From positions 1 through 42,222 of the forward strand of contig JANMCU010000038.1 in assembly GCA_031361415.1 (NCBI GenBank): a DNA stretch of 42,222 bases, written 5' to 3'. The notes under the pieces are model-generated. The model had not been told where the DNA came from, did not search any database, and worked only from the letters and a program-made list of their open reading frames with translations. The DNA is from Chloroflexota bacterium (lineage in GTDB: Bacteria; Chloroflexota; Limnocylindria; Limnocylindrales; CSP1-4). Below, piece after piece: positions 26,262 to 34,311 of this stretch (positions are counted from its first letter, which is position 1; each line of letters opens with the position of its first letter). Position numbers and translations under genes: made by a program.

Positions 26262-27832
26262 CCTAGATCTGTTTCGGCCAGGATCTCGGCGATCCGCGCC
26301 CGGGTGGTCGGCATGTCGAAACGCAACAGGGCGTCCGGTTCGATCGGCCGCTCCTCGACCTTGCCGCCCCGGCGGAGATAGAGGACGGGATAGATCGCAC
26401 CGCTGCCGTCCGCCTCGAGCGTGATCGCGAGCGCATCCGTGTTGCCATCGTCGCCGACCCCGTCGACGAACGCGGCCAGCGGGACCACCCCTTCCTCGCG
26501 CGGCCCGATCGCCGGATCGATCGAGATGACCTTGGCCAGGTAGGCGCGCTGATGCCACAGCTCGGGTGCCGTCGCGAGCTCGTTCAGGATCGCCTCGGCC
26601 AGGCCGGCGGCCGGCAGCGTTCGACGCTCAGGGGCCCCGTCCTGGTCGCCGTGGGTCCGGGCGATATGGCCGGCGAGGACCCGGGCGTTGTAGCGCGCCC
26701 CGTGAACCGCGCCGGAGTTGGCCGGCAGGCCGTGCTTCTTCAACCCGGCCGAGCCCTGCCCGATCGTGCCCGCGAAGAAGATCCCGGGAACGGTCGCGCT
26801 CTCCCAGTACGGGGTCTGGGCCGGGAGCTTTGCCTGCCCGAACGTCGACACGCCGAGCGCCGGCAAATCCAGCAGCGGCGTGACGAACCCGGTCGCGGAG
26901 ATCACCTCGTCGACGTCGATCGCCATCTCCTCGCCGCCATCCGACGGCCGGACGGTCACGACGAATGGCGCCTCGGAGCCGCTCTCGGCGCCGCGCACGA
27001 TCCCCCCGATCGAGGCATCGAGGACGGCCACGCCGCCGCCCAGGACGTGATCCTCGAACGGCTGGACGTAGCGCGCCCGAACGCCGACGAGCGACTTCGT
27101 GTTGACCGACAGCTTGGCGGGCGACGGTGAGCAGAGGACGATCCGACGAGCCCACGGCAGGAGGCCGGTCGCGAGCTCGAAGCCGGAGTTCTGCTTGCCC
27201 ATGATGAACACCCGTCGACCGGCGTACGTCTCGGCCGGCCGCGTGTCTGCGTAGTGGGCCGCGAGCTCGATCCCGGGCGTCGATGGCGCATACGGCTCGG
27301 CGACACCGACGGCGAACACAAGCGCCTTCGCGTGGTACTCGCCATCGGTCGTCTCGAGGACGAAGCGCCCGCCGTCGGGACCGTCCTCGTGACGCGTCGC
27401 CGTCCAGCGGCAGTCGTGCCGGATCCGCGTGCCCGTCCGCGCGACGAACGTCGCGAGGTTCAGCTCCATCTCCGGCCGCGATGGGAAGTACGACGAGCCG
27501 TCCATCAGGTCCGGCATGATCGCGCGCTCGTCCGGGCCATCGCCGAGCAGCGAGTTCCAGTCGTAGCGCTCGTAGGCCGGCGAGTCGCGTTCGACCGGGG
27601 CAAACGGCTTGGTCCACGACAGCAATCGCTGAAAGAACGGCCAGCGCCGGAACATGCCACCGGGCGCCGGGTCGGCCGAGATGAGCGCGTGCGGCACGCC
27701 GCGTCGACCCAGTGAGTACGAGACCTGGATTGCGCCTGCGCCGCTGCCGACGACGACGACCGGGTACTCGCCGGGCGGGAACGGCCGAGGATCGGCCGCG
27801 TCGTTGCCGACGGGCTGGCTCAGCTCCGCCAC
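26258..27832 (-). CDS. FAD/NAD(P)-binding oxidoreductase (flavin-monooxygenase / pyridine nucleotide-disulfide oxidoreductase-like) with a ~120-aa C-terminal extension
   Basis: First dinucleotide motif VVVVGSGAGAIQVSYSL...DPAPGG and second motif RRVFIMGKQNSGFELA; ATGF and FFAGT near the end of the flavin domain. GTG at 27832 is the only sensible in-frame start. It overlaps the upstream cNMP-binding gene by 13 nt, and no strong SD is seen. Confidence 0.75.
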   Translation of the reverse strand: MAELSQPVGNDAADPRPFPPGEYPVVVVGSGAGAIQVSYSLGRRGVPHALISADPAPGGMFRRWPFFQRLLSWTKPFAPVERDSPAYERYDWNSLLGDGPDERAIMPDLMDGSSYFPSRPEMELNLATFVARTGTRIRHDCRWTATRHEDGPDGGRFVLETTDGEYHAKALVFAVGVAEPYAPSTPGIELAAHYADTRPAETYAGRRVFIMGKQNSGFELATGLLPWARRIVLCSPSPAKLSVNTKSLVGVRARYVQPFEDHVLGGGVAVLDASIGGIVRGAESGSEAPFVVTVRPSDGGEEMAIDVDEVISATGFVTPLLDLPALGVSTFGQAKLPAQTPYWESATVPGIFFAGTIGQGSAGLKKHGLPANSGAVHGARYNARVLAGHIARTHGDQDGAPERRTLPAAGLAEAILNELATAPELWHQRAYLAKVISIDPAIGPREEGVVPLAAFVDGVGDDGNTDALAITLEADGSGAIYPVLYLRRGGKVEERPIEPDALLRFDMPTTRARIAEILAETDLG

Positions 27833-28242
27833 CGGTTCGCGTTCCGCAGACGGCGCGCCTGCGCCTGGAGCATCCGGAACATCAGGGGCGGGTTGTCGAG
27901 CAGGACGCCCTTGACCGCCGGGCCTGCCAGGACGAGCGTCCGAAGCGGTCGCGAGGCGACGATGTCCGCACCGGGCGACTCGCCGAGGAGGATCGAGACC
28001 TCGCCGAAGAAGTCGCCCCGGGCGAGGGTCGCCCGCTGCATCCCGTCGATGACGACCTCGGCCTCGCCGTCGAGGATGATGGAGAACGCCGATCCGGACA
28101 GCCCCTGGCGAAGGACCCGGGCGCCGTCGGGGAAGACCTCCTCCTCGAACATGTGGGCGAGCCGCTCGAGCTGTGGCGTGGTCAGGTCGGCGAACAGCGC
28201 GAAGCCGGCGATCTGGTCGACGATCTCGTCGCGGGTGGCCAT
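27820..28242 (-). CDS. Stand-alone cyclic-nucleotide-binding (CNB/CAP effector) domain protein, non-canonical phosphate-binding cassette
   Basis: 140 aa: FALFADLTTPQLERLA...VLRQGLSGSAFSIILDGEAEV...GDFFGEVSILLGESPGADIVA. This is a full beta-barrel CNB domain with no output domain. The PBC reads PGAD where PR(S/T)A is expected. Confidence 0.8.
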   Translation of the reverse strand: MATRDEIVDQIAGFALFADLTTPQLERLAHMFEEEVFPDGARVLRQGLSGSAFSIILDGEAEVVIDGMQRATLARGDFFGEVSILLGESPGADIVASRPLRTLVLAGPAVKGVLLDNPPLMFRMLQAQARRLRNANRWRS

Positions 28243-28297
28243 CGGGCGTGTGTCCTCTCTTCCGATCCCCTCCGGCGCATTCTGCCACCTCTACCCC

Positions 28298-28312
28298 GCG
28301 ACCGACGGTCGC
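28298..28312. promoter_or_regulatory. 15-bp palindrome in the divergent control region of the two CNB genes
   Basis: GCGACCG-A-CGGTCGC (perfect 7-bp arms). It lies in the 145-bp gap between the divergent starts at 28242 and 28388. TTGACG at 28334-28339 and CAGCAT 18 nt later could be the plus-strand promoter. Confidence 0.4.
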
Positions 28313-28387
28313 TGTCGGTGTCCCGCGCCGCGGTTGACGCGAGCCTGATCGAACGCGCAGCATCAACTCCATTCCAGAGGAGGATCC

Positions 28388-28816
28388 GTGACGCTCACCC
28401 AGGACCGTCGGACCGAGCTGCTCGGCGGCTGCCCGCTCTTCGCCGGGGTCGACCGGAACGACCTCGGCGCGATCGGCGAACAGGCGATCGAGGTCGACTT
28501 TCCGGCCGACCACGTGATTGCCCGCCAGGGCGAGATCGGGACCGGGCTGTTCGTCGTGATCGACGGGGCGGTCCGCGTCATCCGCGACGGCACGGAGCTC
28601 GCCCGCCTCGGCGCCGGCGACTTCTTCGGCGAGATGTCGGTGATCGATGGGCTGCCGCGCGTCGCCCAGGTCGTGACGACCGCGCCGACCCGCTGCCTCG
28701 CCCTGGCCAGCTGGGAGTTCGAGCGTCTCGTCCTTGAGCACCCGACGATCGGGCTCGCGATCCTGCGCGGTCTGTCCGCCCGACTGCGGGCGAAGACCGA
28801 TCCCCCGCTCCACTGA
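28388..28816 (+). CDS. Stand-alone cyclic-nucleotide-binding (CNB) domain protein
   Basis: 142 aa: CPLFAGVDRNDLGAIG...IARQGEIGTGLFVVIDGAVRV...GDFFGEMSVIDGLPRVAQVV (the PBC retains Arg). GTG start with AGAGGAGGA 4 nt upstream. No output domain. Confidence 0.85.
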   Translation: MTLTQDRRTELLGGCPLFAGVDRNDLGAIGEQAIEVDFPADHVIARQGEIGTGLFVVIDGAVRVIRDGTELARLGAGDFFGEMSVIDGLPRVAQVVTTAPTRCLALASWEFERLVLEHPTIGLAILRGLSARLRAKTDPPLH

Positions 28817-28847
28817 TCCGGGACGGCCGCGGAACCGACCCGACCCG

Positions 28848-31589
28848 ATGAGCAGCCTTCCGACTGGAACCGTCGCCTTCGTCTTCACCGACATCGAGGG
28901 CTCGACCCACCTCGCTCAGACGCTGCCCGAGGACCGCTGGTCGGCGACGCTCGCCCGGCACCGCGAGCTCGTCCGGGCGGCCGTGGCGGCCCATGGCGGA
29001 GTCGAGGTCTCGACCGAGGGCGACGGCTTCTTCCTCGTCTTCGCCCGGACCGCCGACGCGATCGCGGCCACCGTCGATGCCCAGCGGGCCCTGTCCGGCG
29101 AGCCCTGGCCGGCGGACGCCGTCGTCCGCGTCCGGATGGGCATCCACACCGGCGACGGCCGGCTCGACGCGGACGGCAGCTACATTGGGGCGGACGTCCA
29201 TCGCGCGGCCCGGGTGTCCGCGGCGGGTCACGGCGGGCAGGTGCTCCTGTCAGAGACGACCTCGGGCCTCGTCGCCGACGAGTTGCCGGCCGGCGTCGGG
29301 CTGCGCGGCCTCGGCGAGCATCGCCTCAAGGATCTCCGGCCCGAGCGGATCTGCCAGCTCGTGATCGAGGGCGAGCGGGTCGACTTCCCACCGATCCGCT
29401 CGCTCGATCGCCGGCCGAACAACCTGCCGACCCAGCTCACGAGCTTCGTCGGCCGCGAGAAGCCCCTGGCCGAGGCCGAGGCCCTGCTCCAGACGACGCG
29501 GCTGCTGACCCTGACGGGGCCCGGCGGCACCGGCAAAACCCGACTGTCGCTCCAGCTCGCGGCCAACGTCGCCGAGCGGTTCCCGGACGGGATCTGGTTC
29601 ATTGCCCTCGAACCGGTCCGCGATCCGGGACTCGTCGCTGGCACGATCCTGACGACCCTCGGTCTCGTCGAGGCGGGCGGGCGCTCGGCCCGCGACGTTC
29701 TGGTCGACTGGCTGGCCAATCGACAGATCCTGCTCGTCCTCGACAACTTCGAGCAGGTCATCGAAGGCGCCCCGGTCGTGGCCGACCTCCTCCGGAACGC
29801 GCCCCGCGTGTCGGTCATCGTCACGAGCCGGGCGCCGCTCCGGGTCAGCGGGGAGCAGGAGTACCCGGTGCCCGGCCTGCCGGCTCCGCGCGACGTCCTC
29901 GCCCTGTCCGATCTCGAGAAGATGAACCTGCCGGCGCAGGACAGGCGGCTGGATGCGGCGGCCGCGACCCAGTTCGAGGCTGTTCGCCTGTTCATCGCCC
30001 GCGCCATCGGGGTCCGGCCGGACTTCAAGGTGACGAACGAGAACGCACCCGCGGTCGCGGGCATCGCCGCCCGTCTCCACGGGATGCCGCTCGCGATCGA
30101 GCTGGCAGCGGCGCGAGTCAAGCTCCTCCCGCCCGACGCCATCCTCGAACGTCTCGAGCACCAGCTCGGCATGCTCGCGTCAGGTTCGCGCGACCTGCCC
30201 GAGCGCCAGCAGACCCTGCGCGGGGCGATCGCCTGGAGCCACGACCTGCTCGATGACGGTCAGCGCCGGCTGCTCGCCCGATTGTCGGTCTTCGTCGGCG
30301 GCTGCGAGCTCGACAGCGCGGAGGCCATCTGCGGTCCCGCCTCCGAGCTGGCCGGGCTCGACGTCCTCGACGGCCTGCTGGCCCTCGCCGACCAGAGCCT
30401 CGTCCGGGCCGAGGAGATCGACGGCGAGACGCGCTTCCGGATGCTCGACACGATCCGCGAGTTCGCGGCCGAGCAGCTCACGGCGTCCGGCCAGCGCGAC
30501 GACATCCACCGCCGCCACAGCGACACGTTCGTCGTCCTGGCCGAGTCGCTCACGCCGCTCCTGTCGGGCGACGACCAGCGCCGCTGGCTCGGTCGCCTGG
30601 AGCGCGACCACGACAACATCCGGGCCGTCCTCGATCGGGCCGAGGCGGCCGGCGAGGCCGAGACCGCGATCCGGCTCGGCTTCGCGATGTGGCGCTACTG
30701 GCAGAAGCGCGGCCACCTCGCCGAGGCCCGCCGCCGGCTCCAGGCGATGGCCGACGCGTCATGGTCGCGCGCCGATCCGCGGCTCCGGGCCCGGCTGATG
30801 GAGGCTCTCGGGGGCGTGTGCTGGTGGCAGGCCGACATCCCGGCGATGGGCGTCGCCTATGGAGAGGCGCTCGAGCTCTGGCAGGCGATCGGCGACAAGC
30901 GCGAGATCGCCAATGCCCTGTACAACGACTCGTTCCGGTTTGCCGTGAGCGAGACGGCCGGCGATCGAGATCCCGATCGGATCGGCTTCAACCAGATGGT
31001 TCGGGCCCGGGATCTTGCGACCGAGGTCGGCGACGAGCGTGGCCGGGCGAATGCGTTCTGGGGGATCGGCAACTGGCAGTGGTTCCACGCCGCGGAGGAC
31101 CACGGCATCGCCCATTTCGCTGAGGCGCTCGGCGTGTTCCGGGGCCTCGGCGATCGGACGATGGAGGCCTGGTCGCACCACATGCTCGGGACCGCCCAGA
31201 TCCGCCTCGGGCCGATGGACGAGTCACGACGCAACGTGGAGGCGGCGCTCCGGCTCTTCCACCGCTTCGGCGACGTCGCGGGGATCACGCTGAGCCTCGA
31301 CGACTTCGCGTCGCTTGCGATCGCCACCGGCGACCTGCCACGCGCGGCGCGTCTATGGGGCGCGGCCCGCGCCCTGTCGGCGGCAGGTGGCGTCGGGCTG
31401 GCCGATTTCGTCGACACCCAGTTCGAGTTCCACGGCCGCCCGAATGCCCGCATCGCGATCGACCCGGCCGAGTTGGAGAAATACGCCGTCGAAGGTCGGG
31501 CCATGACCCTTGACGAAAGCGTCGCCTACGCGCTCGAGACGGATATCGACTCGTTGGCGCCGCACGATCACGCGGGCGCCACCCGATGA
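28848..31589 (+). CDS. Class III nucleotidyl cyclase domain fused to a STAND (AAA/NB-ARC-like) NTPase and C-terminal TPR repeats
   Basis: Cyclase: GTVAFVFTDIEGST, STEGDGFFLVF, RVRMGIHTGD, GADVHRAARV. NTPase: Walker A GPGGTGKTRL, Walker B LLVLDNFEQV, VIVTSR, then the winged-helix block GMPLAIELAAARV. About 350 aa of TPR-like helical repeats follow (WRYWQKRGHLAEARR..., NALYNDSF..., FWGIGNWQW...). No LuxR/HTH output domain. Confidence 0.85.
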   Translation: MSSLPTGTVAFVFTDIEGSTHLAQTLPEDRWSATLARHRELVRAAVAAHGGVEVSTEGDGFFLVFARTADAIAATVDAQRALSGEPWPADAVVRVRMGIHTGDGRLDADGSYIGADVHRAARVSAAGHGGQVLLSETTSGLVADELPAGVGLRGLGEHRLKDLRPERICQLVIEGERVDFPPIRSLDRRPNNLPTQLTSFVGREKPLAEAEALLQTTRLLTLTGPGGTGKTRLSLQLAANVAERFPDGIWFIALEPVRDPGLVAGTILTTLGLVEAGGRSARDVLVDWLANRQILLVLDNFEQVIEGAPVVADLLRNAPRVSVIVTSRAPLRVSGEQEYPVPGLPAPRDVLALSDLEKMNLPAQDRRLDAAAATQFEAVRLFIARAIGVRPDFKVTNENAPAVAGIAARLHGMPLAIELAAARVKLLPPDAILERLEHQLGMLASGSRDLPERQQTLRGAIAWSHDLLDDGQRRLLARLSVFVGGCELDSAEAICGPASELAGLDVLDGLLALADQSLVRAEEIDGETRFRMLDTIREFAAEQLTASGQRDDIHRRHSDTFVVLAESLTPLLSGDDQRRWLGRLERDHDNIRAVLDRAEAAGEAETAIRLGFAMWRYWQKRGHLAEARRRLQAMADASWSRADPRLRARLMEALGGVCWWQADIPAMGVAYGEALELWQAIGDKREIANALYNDSFRFAVSETAGDRDPDRIGFNQMVRARDLATEVGDERGRANAFWGIGNWQWFHAAEDHGIAHFAEALGVFRGLGDRTMEAWSHHMLGTAQIRLGPMDESRRNVEAALRLFHRFGDVAGITLSLDDFASLAIATGDLPRAARLWGAARALSAAGGVGLADFVDTQFEFHGRPNARIAIDPAELEKYAVEGRAMTLDESVAYALETDIDSLAPHDHAGATR

Positions 31590-31653
31590 TGGCTGGCGTC
31601 GGCGCCCGTTTGCGCCCGATGAGCACATCCGACGTGTTCGGCGAGGTGGTTGC

Positions 31654-31905
31654 ATGAATTTCGCGCCCGGCGAACCAAATCGGCCGATTCGGGTCGGATT
31701 CGGTCCTGATGACCGGTCACCAACGTCGATCTCGGCGGATGTGCTCACGGGGCGAGAATCGCCGCCGATCCGGCTCCTCGATGATGAGATCGACCCGGGC
31801 ACCGTCGTCTTGACCTGTGCGAACTGCGGCGCCGCGATGGACGAGCGGAAATGCAAGCTGATCTGTCGCTGCGGCTACTTCCTGTCCTGCTCGGACTACT
31901 ACTGA
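31654..31905 (+). CDS. Small (83 aa) protein with a C-terminal Cys-rich zinc-ribbon-like motif, function unknown
   Basis: MNFAPGEPNRPIRVGF...LTCANCGAAMDERKCKLICRCGYFLSCSDYY. GAGGTGG lies 4 nt upstream of the ATG, and the codon third-position bias is coding-like. Confidence 0.55.
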   Translation: MNFAPGEPNRPIRVGFGPDDRSPTSISADVLTGRESPPIRLLDDEIDPGTVVLTCANCGAAMDERKCKLICRCGYFLSCSDYY

Positions 31906-32111
31906 GCTCAGGATCCGCCTGACGTGTGCCCGGCTCACAGGATCCGGCCCGGGCAGGCCCGAGGTCGTAGACTTCGACGATGACCGCCGAGGCGCCCCAG
32001 CCGCCTGCCAGCGAGGGCTCCGCGAACCCGCCGCCAGGCGCCGCCGTGACCGGCGCGCCCGCCCGCGACAAGACCGCGATCCCGAAGAATCCCGGCCGGC
32101 GCGAGCTCGGA

Positions 32112-32897
32112 ATGAAGGCGACCCTGCTGTTCCCGAACAAGGAGATCGTCGAGCAGTACTACGTCCCGCTGATCTATACCGCCTGCCGGACGTGCTACTC
32201 GGAGCTGACCCCGGAGGACATCTTCGACCGCGCCGCGACCGGCAAGATCGAGCAGGCGAAGATGCAGAAGCTGATCTCCGGCGTGATCGAATCCGGCCAC
32301 GGCTCGACGATCGAGCACGTCGTCTTCACCTTCGGGATCAGCGGCGTGTCGCGGACGCTGTCGCATCAGCTGGTCCGCCATCGCGCCGGTGTCGCGTTCG
32401 ACCAGCAGAGCCAGCGCTACGTCACGTTCAAGGGCGCCTCGACGATGCTGCCGGCGACGATCCAGGACGCCGATCCTGAATTGCGTGAGGCCTACGACGA
32501 GCAGATCGCCGGCTCGATGGACCTCTACGGGCAGCTCGTCGGCGCGGGGATCCCGGGCGAGGACGCGCGGTTCGTCTTTCCGAACGCCACCCGCACGAAC
32601 CTCGTGATGACGACGAACCTGCGAGCCCTGATCCACATGTCCGGGCTGCGCCTGTGCACGATGGCTCAATGGGAGATCCGCCGGCTGTTCCAACTGATCC
32701 GCCACGAGATCTTCCAGGTGTCGCCATTCCTTGGCAGCTTCCTCGCCCCCAAGTGCGTCGCCCTCGGCTACTGCGACGAGATGGGCAACCGCGACGAGCA
32801 CTGCCCGATCCGGCCCCACAAGGACAATGTCCTCGGCGCGTGGGCCGAGAAGTCGAAGGCGGCCAAGGCCGCTGGTCGGGAGTTGACCGTCAAATAG
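32112..32897 (+). CDS. thyX: FAD-dependent thymidylate synthase ThyX
   Basis: ThyX signature RHRAGVAFDQQSQRY, preceded by SGHGSTIEHVVFTFGISGVSR. I prefer the start at MKATLLFPNKEIV (32112). The upstream in-frame ATG at 31980 would add a P/A-rich 44-aa extension. Confidence 0.85.
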   Translation: MKATLLFPNKEIVEQYYVPLIYTACRTCYSELTPEDIFDRAATGKIEQAKMQKLISGVIESGHGSTIEHVVFTFGISGVSRTLSHQLVRHRAGVAFDQQSQRYVTFKGASTMLPATIQDADPELREAYDEQIAGSMDLYGQLVGAGIPGEDARFVFPNATRTNLVMTTNLRALIHMSGLRLCTMAQWEIRRLFQLIRHEIFQVSPFLGSFLAPKCVALGYCDEMGNRDEHCPIRPHKDNVLGAWAEKSKAAKAAGRELTVK

Positions 32898-33066
32898 CCG
32901 CGGGCCGACGCCCGCCGGGTCCTGCTTCCTCGCACCTCCGCTCCTGGCAGGCGCGCATCCGGCATGAACGTGCATGGATCACGCTGATTCGCGACGCTTG
33001 ATGCTCGTTCCGCTGCGCGGCCGAACGTGAATATCCCCGAGTCGTTCCAGTCAGGCGCGCCGCTCG

Positions 33067-33951
33067 CTAGCCTGCTCCTGACAGGTCGGCGACGAACCTC
33101 CGGATCACCCGCGCCAGGCGTGGGCCTGCCTCGGCGCCGGCGGCGAGGACCTCCTCGTGGCTGAGCGGCACGCCCGAGTAACCCGCGCCGGCGTTCGTGA
33201 CGAGCGACACGCCGCACACCTCCAGCCCGGCCCAGCGCGCGGCGATGCACTCGAGGACGGTCGACATTCCGACGGCATCGGCGCCGAGACCGCGCAGCAT
33301 CCGGACCTCGGCCGGGGTCTCGTACTGGGGCCCGAGGAGGCCGGCGTAGATCCCTTCCTCGAGCGGCACGCCCTCGGCCTCGCCCGCGGCCCTCAGCGCG
33401 GCGCGCAAGCGCGGGCTCCAGGCATCGGTCAGATCCTGGAACCGCGGGCCGATCGCGTCGGCGTTCGGTCCGTGGAGCGGCGTTCGGCCGGTCAGGTTGA
33501 GATGGTCGGAGATCACCATCAGCGTTCCCGGCCCGAACGACGGGTCGACCCCACCGGCGGCGTTCGTCAGCATGACGATCCCCGCGCCGAGCCGGTGGAA
33601 CAGGAGCACGGGCTGGACGACGAGGCCCGGATCGTTGCCCTCGTAGACGTGGAAGCGGCCCTGGAGCATCACGACCGGCGTCCCACCGAGCCGACCGAGC
33701 CACAGCCGACCGACATGTCCGGGCGCGGTCGCGGCCGGCCAGCCGGGAAGCTCCGCGAACGGGATCGCGACGGCATCCTCGAGATCGTCGGCGAGGCCAC
33801 CGAGCCCCGAGCCGAGGACGATCCCGACCTTCGGCAAGAGATCCGAGCGAGCGCGGACCGCGGCCTCGAGCGCATCGATCCGGGCGGGCTGGTCTGCGGG
33901 GGCGATCGGCTGCGCGCCGTCAACCGAGGCGCGAAGGTCAGGGGCAGTCAC
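33067..33951 (-). CDS. punA: Purine nucleoside phosphorylase (trimeric PNP family)
   Basis: GIVLGSGLGGLAD, GHVGRLWLG, VVMLQGRFHVYEG, MLTNAAGG, GPQYETPAEVRMLRGLGADAVGMSTVLE and LVTNAGAG. GTG start with GGAGG 12 nt upstream. Confidence 0.9.
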   Translation of the reverse strand: MTAPDLRASVDGAQPIAPADQPARIDALEAAVRARSDLLPKVGIVLGSGLGGLADDLEDAVAIPFAELPGWPAATAPGHVGRLWLGRLGGTPVVMLQGRFHVYEGNDPGLVVQPVLLFHRLGAGIVMLTNAAGGVDPSFGPGTLMVISDHLNLTGRTPLHGPNADAIGPRFQDLTDAWSPRLRAALRAAGEAEGVPLEEGIYAGLLGPQYETPAEVRMLRGLGADAVGMSTVLECIAARWAGLEVCGVSLVTNAGAGYSGVPLSHEEVLAAGAEAGPRLARVIRRFVADLSGAG

Positions 33952-34311
33952 GGGCGCGCGGGCCTCCGGTTCACGTCCAGGGGGAAGACGACCGAGGCCC
34001 GCTTCGTCGTGTGCCCGACGGACGTACCGACACCGGGATGCCGGTCGCAGTCCGTCGGGCGGTCATCGCCAGGGCGGAAACGGCCGAAGCCGTCAGGCCC
34101 GGACAACGAAGCGCCCGAAGCGACCGGCGTGGATCAGAGGTCCTTGATGTGATCTCGGTGTCTCCGGTTCCTGACGGCCCCTTCGGGCAAGACGGAAGAT
34201 ACGGCCGGGCCGGCGCCAGGGTCAACGGACTTGTCCACCAACTTCGGCGTCGCACGCCGGCGCGTATCCACGAGTTCTGCACGAATGTGGAAAGCGCGTG
34301 GACAACCCGGT

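Noticed and set aside
31980-32111. A 44-codon P/A-rich N-terminal extension of thyX from the upstream ATG.
   Set aside because: It is low complexity, has no SD at the proper distance, and ThyX homologues begin close to the MKATLL position. It is kept only as an alternative start.
34085-34125. GTCAGGCCCGGACAACGAAGCGCC, which resembles the SRP RNA domain IV string GUCAGGUCCGGAAGGAAGCAGCC.
   Set aside because: The tetraloop and closing helix do not fold as in SRP RNA (no complementary GGGCC after the loop), and the symmetric-loop AGCA is absent.
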